A stretch of DNA of 63,915 bases, counting the filler, from Octopus bimaculoides (Eukaryota), in assembly GCF_001194135.2 (NCBI RefSeq). It is 6 parts of 5 records of this genome, joined end to end, with 100 filler letters (N's around TTAATTAATTAA, not from the genome) between each part and the next. Parts side by side here need not be neighbours in the genome. Positions count along the whole stretch, not along the records: positions 1 to 13,542 come from NC_068981.1; positions 13,643 to 21,339 come from NC_068996.1; positions 21,440 to 33,663 come from NC_068999.1; 3 more parts are not named here. One strand, written 5' to 3'. Made by a program: the position numbers and the translations under genes. Positions 12,466 through 22,706 of this stretch are shown here, piece after piece. The first letter of the stretch is position 1, and the number at the start of each line of letters is the position of its first letter. The notes under the pieces are model-generated. The model was given only the letters and a program-made list of their open reading frames with translations. It was not told the DNA's origin and ran no database searches.

Positions 12466-13497
12466 CTTGCCTCCACTTTTAAGGGAATACTGCAGCAATA
12501 AAAAAAAAACCATTAATGATTTTCAGAGAATATTATATCTCACTGTGTGTCTATTGTAACATCTTCACAATTATTCACTCCTGCTGCACAAGTCTCTAGC
12601 AGAGAAAATTTAAAGTACTCTGGTAAAGTACTAGGGCAAAGTACTATATCTTACTCTNNNNNNNNNNAACCATGTGGTTGGTAAGCAAGCTACTTCCCAC
12701 ACAGCCACTCCTGGATATTTAATATACAAGAAACATTCCTCCATAGGATTTAAACATAAACAAATACATTAAGCAGATGTTTCAGACAACAAATATGTAT
12801 AGAAGTATATAAACACACACACACACACACCTCAGATACAGACTTCGATCCCATGGTAAGTGGGTGCATTATCGAATGACATGAGCTCATTGTTTAAAAG
12901 TATTGTTTAAGTGAAATATGCTCACCTTGATGTGTCATGTGTTAAATTTGAAAAACACTTTGATAAAAAAAATTTTAAAAAAATACTAATCTCACTTTGA
13001 AGTAACATTGTGCTCACTTTTAAATACAAATGCTCTACTGATGCAATGAAATATGGTTATTAATGTCTCTCAGACAAACTTTAAACTGGTGTCATGCAGA
13101 ATAATATAAAATATCCTTTATGAGTCTCTCTCTATCTATCTATCTCTCTTTCTCCCTCTCTCCCTCTCTCTATCTTTCTATCTATCTCTATACCTATCTC
13201 TCTGTCTTTCTTTCTCTCCCCTTCCACCTCTGTCTTGTCATGCATAACATAAACCCACACATCTAAAAGACCTAACTGACATTTGTAAAGTGATTTGCTC
13301 TACAAATTTTGTTTGTGATTTAACCATGTAGTACACACACACACACACATATGAGATATATAATGCATGTATATATGATATATATATATAATATCTATCA
13401 ATCTACCTATCTCTCTTTCCTTTCCTCGAGCGTCTTGTAACACAATTTGTATCACGTCCTCACGTTGTTGTTTTTTGTCTTTTTCCTTTTTTTTGAA

Positions 13498-13542
<45 letters not shown>

Positions 13543-13642
13543 NNNNNNNNNNNNNNNNNNNNNNNNNNNNNNNNNNNNNNNNNNNNTTAATTAATTAANN
13601 NNNNNNNNNNNNNNNNNNNNNNNNNNNNNNNNNNNNNNNNNN
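13543..13642. other. Synthetic scaffold spacer N44-TTAATTAATTAA-N44 (100 bp)
   Basis: The same 12-mer lies inside N runs at 13587, 21384, 33708, 46628 and 62246. It is a self-complementary, all-frame-stop 12-mer, so not biological sequence. Confidence 0.95.
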
Positions 13643-13799
13643 TATATATATATATATATATATTGGGTGTGTGATAAGAAGTTTCCTTTCCAACCACATG
13701 GTTCCAGATTCAATCCCACTGTGTGGCACCTTAGGTAAATGTCTTCTATTATAGCTTCGACGTGACCAAAGCCTTGAGTAGATCTGGTAGACGGAAACT

Positions 13800-13995
13800 G
13801 AAGGGACTTCAGCTGAAACAGGAAGAAAGAGTGAGAGAAAGAGTACAGCAGGGTTCGCCACCGTCCCCTGCCAAAGCCTCGTGGAGCTTTAGATGTTTTC
13901 GCTCAATAAACACTCACAACGCCCAGTCTTGGAATCGAAACCGCGATCCTGTGACCGCGAGTCCGCTGCCCTGACCACTGGGCCATTGGGCCTCC
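13800..13995 (-). mobile_element. SINE family C 5' portion
   Basis: Reverse complement of the tRNA-like head and following region seen at 29246-29430. Confidence 0.8.
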
Positions 13996-14584
13996 ACATA
14001 ACAGAAGGTAGTTTGATAAGGTACAACGTTGTGAGATCGAACCCGAAATCGCATAGTTGCAACAAGGACTTCTTAACCACACAACATTACTAACTCTCAT
14101 TACAATTCATAAAAAGGTGGAGACCAAACAGAATCGTCAGCTTGACGGACAAAATGCTTCGCGGCTCTTCATCCGTCTTCACCTTATGAGTTCGAATTCC
14201 ACCGAGTTTCATTTTGCTTTCATCCTTTTGGGGTCAATAATATAAGTCACAGTTGAGTACTGGGGTCTGAGTAATCGATTTACCTACGCACACCAAAATT
14301 TCAGTCTTTGTGGCTAAAGTAGAAAGGATTATTATAAGGCGGTGAGCCAGCAGAATCGTCAGCAGACCGGACAAAATGCCTAACAGCATTTCTTTCGTCC
14401 TTAATTCTGAGTTTAAATTATCGCCGAGATCGACTTTGCCTTTCATTTCTTCGGGGTCAATGAAATAAGTATCAGTGGAGCACTAGGATCGATGTAATCG
14501 ACCCCCACCCCCGCCAAAACAAATTTCAGGTCTTGTTGCTTTAGTAGAAAGAATTATTACTAGATTGTTACAGAATAAGATTGT

Positions 14585-15253
14585 TATTGAGAACATTCAG
14601 AACCAGAGATAAAGAAACCATGATGGTCCTCTGGGGGACACTCGTCCTCAGCCGCCTGGATTACTGCTCACAGCTATGGTCACCTACTAGTGTGAAATTA
14701 ACAGCGGACCTTGAAGCAATCCAGAGAAGACTCACAAAGTAGATTGTCTCTTTGCAACTGCTCAGCTACTGGGAAAGGCTGAAACAGCTAAGACTCTACT
14801 CCCTGGAGAGAAGGCGGGAGAGGTATGCAGTAATATACATCTGGAAGATCCTGGAAGGAATTGTGCCAAATTTTGGCATTGAAAGCTACACCAATGCCAG
14901 AACGAGACAACACTGCATAGTGCCAAAGATCCCAGCAATGCCATCGCGCTTCAGGACCAGTTACTGCAACAGCCTGCGTTTCAGGGGCCCACAGCTTTTT
15001 AATACTCTTCCAAAGAGCCTGAGGAATCTGCACAAAGTAGATGTAGAGGTTTTTTAATCAAAGCTGGACCTCTTCCTGTCGAGAGTCCCAGATGAACCTA
15101 CCTCACAGCAAGAGGTGCAAATGAGGGTAACTACATCTAACTCCATTCTTCACCAAGTGCCACGTATTGGAGGAGGCTCTCAGTAATAAAAGTGTAGCAA
15201 AACGGCGGTGCATCAGCATGGCCGCAGCTCTCAGCTGAAACTATAGAAAAAAA
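14585..15253 (+). mobile_element. CR1-type LINE, 5'-truncated 3' end (pseudogenised RT C-terminus, 3' UTR, A-rich tail)
   Basis: MMVLWGTLVLSRLDYCSQLWSP...DLEAIQRRLTK*...LSYWERLKQLRLYSLERRRERY...RGPQLFNTLPKSLRNL are typical CR1-group post-RT motifs; in-frame stops present. Confidence 0.85.
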
Positions 15254-16407
15254 ATATTATACAACTGAAATTTTTAATTATTTATTAATTCACCCGCATT
15301 ATACCTTCTCCATCACCCGCTTCTGGTTAGATATTTTGTCCATTTCCAGTAGTAACTTATTTTATATCATCTTTTACAGAAGAGAACATTCTCTGCTGTT
15401 GTTAAGGATGGTATGCCAAAGAGGTTTGGGAAGTAGACGAAGTCACGTTAGTGGTAGGTTGTTGTTCTTCTTCTCTAGAACCAAGTCACAAATCTACATA
15501 TGCAGATCTGTGACTTGGTTCTGTGACTATTTAGTGAATGCTTCTACCTCAATTAATTCTGTAGCTGGTTTGATTATAAAAGCTTTTCATGTGCATTTAC
15601 TAACACTGTATTATTCAACGTTAGCCAAAGTACACATCTTTCTACCCATTCAACAGATTAACTTTCCAAAGAAACTTGTAATCTTATTTTAGGCCCTACA
15701 AAAGAAATTAAACAAAATATACAAATAAAAAGATGTATGAAATTGTGAAATAATGCCAGCAGTAGAAAGCGAACTCACTAGTCAAGAAATGATTTCAGGT
15801 ACCCTGGCATACTTTTTTCCTTTTTTTTTTTTTTTTGTAAGAGGTTATTTACACTACCTTAACATCCAATAATTTGCAATGGCCTTTGGCAAATAACATT
15901 TTTATTAGTTTCTTTTTACATTCAAATTCCAGCCTTTTCTGGCAACATTTCTATATTACTTCAATTGCTAAACCGGCTCCCAGCTATGTCACCTGTGACA
16001 TTAAGCGAGCTGGAATTTTGGAATTGAAGACACACCTGGTTTTCGTTGACAAACAACAACAACAAATATATCATCAGTAACTTTAACTGCAATAATAACA
16101 ACAACAACAACATTAAGCAATGAAATATTGTATTAAAATTGCAATAAACCTGTTTTTCTTTGTCACTTTACCCGCTTGGTCAGTTTAAAATTCTTCCTCA
16201 CATACTTACTTCAAGACTTTCTTCTTCCGTTCAACGTTCAAGTATCTTTGTTTCGTCAGTAGAAACAACGCAGCGTAGAAACACAGGTTAGCAACATTGC
16301 GTACTTTTTTTCAGATAGTAAGTAAAAATTTGCCCCTTTAATTAAATTACGGTTACATTTGAATATAACTGATTAGAAACTATTTTAATATAGCAAATTA
16401 TAATTCA

Positions 16408-17310
16408 GCGAGCTGGCAGAATCGTCAGTCACTGGGTAAAATGACTAGCACATTTTCTCCATCCTTACGTTATGAGTTCAAATTCTACCAAAGTTGTCTA
16501 TGCTTTTTATCCTTTCGGGGTCAACAAAATAAATAAGAGTTGATCACTGGGGTCGATGTAATCGGGTCTCCCCCTCCACCAAAATTTCAGAACTTGTGCC
16601 TAGAGTAGAAAAGAACATAAAGAAATAATAAAGGCGGTGAGCCGGCAGAATCATTAGCACACCGAGCGAAATGCTTAGTGGCGCTACGTTCTGAGTTCAA
16701 ATTCCACCGAGGAAGACTTTACCTTTCATCCTTTTCGGAACGATAAAATAAGTACCAATCAAGCACTGGGGTCGATGTAATCGATTTATCCCCTCCCCTG
16801 AATGAAATTTCTGGCCTTGTGCTAAAATTTGAAACTCATTATTCTTATTAATTAAGACGGTGATCTGGCTGAATGTTTAGCATGCCGGCCAAATTTCTTG
16901 GCGGCATTTCGCCCATCTTTACATTGAGTTCAAATTCTGTCCAGGTCGATTTTGCCTTTTATCTTTTCTGAGCACTGGGGTTGACGTAATCGATTTCTCC
17001 TCTCCCCCGAAATTGCTGGTCTTTTGCCTAAATCTGTAACCAAATGGCAGAATCGATAGAGAGTCGGACAAGATATTTCTGGCCTTAAGAAATCATTGTT
17101 CATATAAATGAATGAAAGTGAATTGACATAATCGATGAAGCATTACAAAAAAATTCATTCTGTAGTGATTAGCTAGGTTCAAAGTTCAAAACCTACTGAA
17201 GTCTACTTTGCTTTTCTTGATCGCAGATCGAAATAACAAAGTGCTCGCTAAAATGCCGGAATCGATTTAACCGTGTTTTCTCCTCAGAATTACTGTTCCT
17301 GCCCTTATGG
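16408..17310 (+). mobile_element. Head-to-tail cluster of family A SINEs (3 clear, 1-2 degraded)
   Basis: Copies start at ~16408, ~16633, ~16856 and ~17045, each with a tggcagaatc A-box-like and gagttcaaatt B-box-like motif (the last copy is degraded). Confidence 0.8.
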
Positions 17311-17389
17311 TGGAATGGAAATCAATATAAACAATATTGATTTTGATAAATTGAAAGTATATCAGGGGAAGAACCTATTGCATTATATG

Positions 17390-17457
<68 letters not shown>

Positions 17458-17956
17458 NNNNNNNNNNNNNNNNNNNNNNNNNNNNNNNNNNNNNNNNNNN
17501 NNNNNNNNNNNNNNNNNNNNNNNNNNNNNNNNNNNNNNNNNNNNNNNNNNNNNNNNNNNNNNNNNNNNNNNNNNNNNNNNNNNNNNNNNNNNNNNNNNNN
17601 NNNNNNNNNNNNNNNNNNNNNNNNNNNNNNNNNNNNNNNNNNNNNNNNNNNNNNNNNNNNNNNNNNNNNNNNNNNNNNNNNNNNNNNNNNNNNNNNNNNN
17701 NNNNNNNNNNNNNNNNNNNNNNNNNNNNNNNNNNNNNNNNNNNNNNNNNNNNNNNNNNNNNNNNNNNNNNNNNNNNNNNNNNNNNNNNNNNNNNNNNNNN
17801 NNNNNNNNNNNNNNNNNNNNNNNNNNNNNNNNNNNNNNNNNNNNNNNNNNNNNNNNNNNNNNNNNNNNNNNNNNNNNNNNNNNNNNNNNNNNNNNNNNNN
17901 NNNNNNNNNNNNNNNNNNNNNNNNNNNNNNNNNNNNNNNNNNNNNNNNNNNNNNNN

Positions 17957-17988
<32 letters not shown>

Positions 17989-18346
17989 GTTTATCAATTT
18001 GTGTTACAAGATTCCTGATGTGAAATCATGTATTGAAACAGATATTGTTGTATTTCGGGATGGGCATTTTTTTTTAATGACCGTTATACAAGAATATATA
18101 TTTATCTTTTTTCTTTTATCTTTTACTTGTTTCAATCATTAGACTGCGACCATGCTGGATCACCGCCTTGAATTTTCAGTCGAATGAATCGATCCCAGTA
18201 CTTATTTTTAAAGCCTGCTACTTATTCTATCGGTCTCCTATGCCGAACCGTTGATTTATGGTGACGTAAACAAACACCGGATATCAAGCGGTATTGGGAG
18301 AGAGAACAACACCACACACAAACACGCGCACACACACACACACACA

Positions 18347-18383
<37 letters not shown>

Positions 18384-18839
18384 TCATATATAAGACGTAA
18401 TTCCACAATGTTTCTGACTACCAAACTTACATGGAATTAGTCGGTCAGGGTCTATAGTAAAAGACGCTTACCCAAAATGCCACGCAGTGGAATTGTCCCC
18501 GAAACTACGTGATTCCAAAGCGAATTTCTTAACCGAGAACATTATCTGAAATTTCTCTTCCTCTTTTGATAAATAATGTGTACTCTACTTCAGAATAATA
18601 TCTAATGATCGTTATTTACATTAATGTACCNNNNNNNNNNNNNNNNNNNNNNNNNNNNNNNNNNNNNNNNNNNNNNNNNNNNNNNNNNNNNNNNNNNNNN
18701 NNNNNNNNNNNNNNNNNNNNNNNNNNNNGTAGGCAACTATAACATACCTGTATTTTAAGCTGCTGTTCAAGATGGAGCGTAGGCTGGAAGTCAGTCTGAT
18801 AGCTAATTGTATGTACCTAACATCTTACGTCATCAGTCG

Positions 18840-18888
<49 letters not shown>

Positions 18889-20028
18889 GGAACCACGTGA
18901 TTGAGAAGCAAGCTTCCTACCACGATAAAAAACAACTGTATCACTCGCATTGACCAGATTATTGGATGTTGTTGCACACCGCTTGTCACGATTAGGTTTT
19001 CGGTTCTTCCTTAACTGCGCCATTATTGTACTTCTTGGCCCAAATCGTTTTGCTACATCGTTATCTCGTCATCGCGAAGTGCTTCCGAATGGCCTTTTCC
19101 CATCTCTTGGATACAGCTATTTTATACATTATAGCACAAAGTTTCGTATTCACAGGGTCTGAATGAGTAATCATCAAACGACAAACTGTTGCTACACACC
19201 ATGAAGATCGGACAGATATAATTCATACCTGCCCGATGTTCCAGCAAGGTGGTTGTGGATCATTGATTGATGGTTGCAGAACTTCTAAATAGGAAACATG
19301 GGGTTACAGGATACAACAAGCAAAACAAAAACAACAACAAAGTATATTCTTTCAGAAAACGTTTCACACAGTAGTATGTGTTGATTACCCTAATTTTTTT
19401 TTCTTATATAGGTGATTTAACCTGAACGTGGGAAATCGCTTTTTCTATCTCCTTTATATATACTGCTGAATAATATCGAACTAGGATGTAAAATGAGAAA
19501 AAAATAAAATAAAAGGAAACAAAAAGACAAGAAAAATAAAAAAAGAATGCTTTTAAGCTATAAAATATCTTTAATTTGGTAGAATGCTCAATTTATTTTA
19601 ATCTATTTCTGTTGAATTTTACCGTGCCGACGATTCAAAAGAGGGCTGAAACGGTATCATATATGGCTACCGATGACTACAAATTTTAAGAACTTCATAA
19701 TGAGTAATATACACAAACACACACACATGCACACACATACATATATGAATGCATGCGTACATACATACGTAAATACGTACTTACATACATACATTCATAC
19801 ATACATACACACCTACGTAATATATAATTGTAAATATGTGGTGTATATGTATAAATCTATAAACACACACACACACACACATATACATTTATATAATATA
19901 TGTGTGAATGTATGTATTTAACATATATGTATGTGTGTGCGCGCGTGTGTGTAAAAGTTTATAAATGTATCAATGAATGCCTACATACACACATACATAT
20001 ATACATATAATAATGTATATATATACAC

Positions 20029-20069
<41 letters not shown>

Positions 20070-20583
20070 NNNNNNNNNNATATACATTTATATAATATAT
20101 GTGTGAATGTATGTATTTAACATATATGTATGTGTGTGCGCGCGTGTGTGTAAAAGTTTATAAATGTATCAATGAATGCCTACATACACACATACATATA
20201 TACATATAATAATGTATATATATACACATATATATATATATACATATATATACATAAACATACATACGAATTTGTGTGTGAAATGAATGAATACATATTT
20301 GCGTGGTTTTATATATACACATATCTATATCCACTTATCACGTGTGTCTTTCGCACACAGACACACCTAAGCATTATTAGATGTGTGTGTGCGTATGTGT
20401 GTGTGTGCGTGTGTGCGTGTGTGTGTGTGCGCGCGCGCATGTATGTATGTATGTCTACGTATTGGTGTGTTTATGTTTGTAAGTTTGTATGCTTGGATGT
20501 CAGTGAGTATAATAGGAGAATAATGACATAGTGATTAGAGCTTTAGAAGAATATGTCTTTATCTAAATGTCTTTGGCGAAGAC

Positions 20584-20617
<34 letters not shown>

Positions 20618-21099
20618 CCCACACAAACATACATACACACATATACCCACACACACATACACGCACACATATACATGTGTGTGTATGTGTTTTTACGAGG
20701 CGTGCGAGGTGTATGAATGTCAGTATATATACGTGTGAGTGCACGTGTATGTGAAAATGTAGGTGTATGTTTATGAGGGAGAAGGAGAAATACGTAAAAA
20801 CACAAATATCATTCACTGAAACACACCTTTAATTAGAGATAAACATTTACCGACCTTTCTTGTGTAACGTCTTTATACACTGTTTGCAATCTGTGATTAC
20901 CTCGCATTCTTCAAACAACAATCAAAGGTGTGTGCTTGGTTATATATGCGTGTGTGTGCGTGTATATGTATGTCCCCTGAAGGTAAGTTGTTTGTCGTGC
21001 ACAGAGATAGATGGACAGACAAACAGACACACAGATATACAGACGATCGGGCCCTAAAGTCCATGTTTGGCGGACAGTTTAACATTTATTTTTCTCCCT

Positions 21100-21339
21100 G
21101 TCTGCTGAGAATGGGCGGTAGTGGCACGGAGGTACTCTTTCGCAAGAGTCTGGATCTCGAAGTAAAGACAGTATTCATAGACCCGGAGGGTAGATTGGTT
21201 GTTCTGGATGTCGATGGCAGCGATGGGTGTGCTTTTCGACTCATATCAGTATACGCACCACCTTTAACAGGTAGGCCGGATTTCTTTCGACGTCTAGAAG
21301 TATTCCTAGGAACGTCTAGAAGTATTCCTAGGAACGTCT
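21100..21339 (+). mobile_element. L1/Tx1-type LINE apurinic-like endonuclease fragment
   Basis: GTEVLFRKSLDLEVKTVFIDPEGRLVVLDVDGSDGCAFRLISVYAPPLTGRPDFFRRLEVFL shows the DxxGR..., xxNVYAP-like and FFxxL motifs. Cut off by a gap. Confidence 0.8.
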
Positions 21340-21673
21340 NNNNNNNNNNNNNNNNNNNNNNNNNNNNNNNNNNNNNNNNNNNNTTAATTAATTAANNNNN
21401 NNNNNNNNNNNNNNNNNNNNNNNNNNNNNNNNNNNNNNNATATATATATATATATATATATATAGTCAATTCAAAAGAAACACTTAGAAAAAGAAAAACG
21501 AACGTGTGGACGTAGCACGTACTAAGAAGACGATCAGAGAAGGAAAAGTGTAGTAGTTTTACGTTTCGAGCATAGCTCTTCTTCGGAGATAGGAAAAACA
21601 GGTATGTCCAAGACGAAATAGGGAAAATATCGCCAACAATCACGTGCGGTTAGATTTTTGAAGTGGCGTAGAG

Positions 21674-21957
21674 CAGTGCTACTCAAAGTGGTGGTCCGCA
21701 GACCGGTGCCGGTCCGCGAGCCATCAGCTGCTGGTACGCGGCGAATTTGCAAAGAAAGGAACCTTATAAAATACTTATGTAATATTGTATTATTTGTTTA
21801 CAAAATAAATATAAGATATAAAAATTGTCAACTTTTATTATATTCATTATATATATTGTTTCCGATATAAATTAATATTACTAAGAAATATTACCGGTCC
21901 CTGGTACATTGGGGAAAAACTGCCGGTATGCCACATCAGATACTTTGAAAAGCAGTG
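21674..21957. mobile_element. Non-autonomous hAT (Charlie/Buster-like) MITE, 284 bp
   Basis: Left end CAGTGCTACTCAAAGTG, right end tactttgaaaagcagtg (imperfect TIR). 8-bp TSD gcgtagag (21666-21673) / gcatagag (21958-21965), 7/8 match with central TA. Confidence 0.85.
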
Positions 21958-22096
21958 GCATAGAGGGTCACATTTTTAATTGGCATGGGGAGGGGAAACT
22001 GATATATATATATATATATGCATACATATATATATGATCGCGAAAGCAAATAGACAGATGTGTAAATGAAAATACATATACATTTCCATTTGAATA

Positions 22097-22128
<32 letters not shown>

Positions 22129-22296
22129 CGAGTGAGTGGACAAATGAAAGAAGGCACTCAACACATTTATTAAGAGTTACATGTAGTGGTTCATATATAT
22201 GTATATGTATGAGTGTATGTATACACATATATATATATATATATATATATANNNNNNNNNNNNNNNNNNNNNNNNNNNNNNNNNNNNNNNNNNNNN

Positions 22297-22690
22297 TATC
22301 CATTACATTACCAGTATATTACTTATTTTTAACCATATTATGCTCATAAATTATAGTTAAAGACAAGGATAAACATGAATTTATCAAGAATCAAAATTTA
22401 AAGAAAACAGAAAATGGAGAAATATTGATGAACAACAATTGACTTACATGAATTATTATTTATTAATTCAGCAGATGGGATGCAGTCTATTTGTATTGAA
22501 TTAATAAATAATAATTGATGTAAGTCAATTGTTGTTCATCAATATTTCTCTATTTTCTATTTTCTTTAGATTTTGATTCTTGATAAACTCATGTTTATCC
22601 TTGTCTTTACCTATAATTTATGAGCATAATATGTTTGCATATGTATACTCATGGTTAAACATAAGTAATATACCGGTAGTGTAATGGATA
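22297..22690. mobile_element. Foldback/palindromic element, 394 bp
   Basis: Left arm 22297-22470 is the near reverse complement of right arm 22497-22690 (one ~19-bp insertion in the right arm); 26-nt loop; termini TATCC...GGATA. Confidence 0.85.
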
Positions 22691-22706
22691 CTTCTATCCC
22701 TTAGAC

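Noticed and set aside
13587-13598. TTAATTAATTAA recurring five times as a possible motif
   Set aside because: Always centred in N44...N44, so it is an artificial scaffold spacer.
17273-18142. Long ORFs containing X runs (also 24319-24720, 27665-28747, 30355-30999, 31879-32871, 34513-35324, 45126-46141, 46998-47917, 50066-50931)
   Set aside because: They run through N gaps and flanking microsatellites and carry no coding information.
19882-20250. ~170-bp direct duplication
   Set aside because: Identical copies either side of a 10-N gap; most likely overlapping contig ends.
21291-21339. 22-bp tandem repeat at the end of the L1/Tx1 fragment
   Set aside because: Perfect repeat ending at a gap edge; probably an assembly echo.
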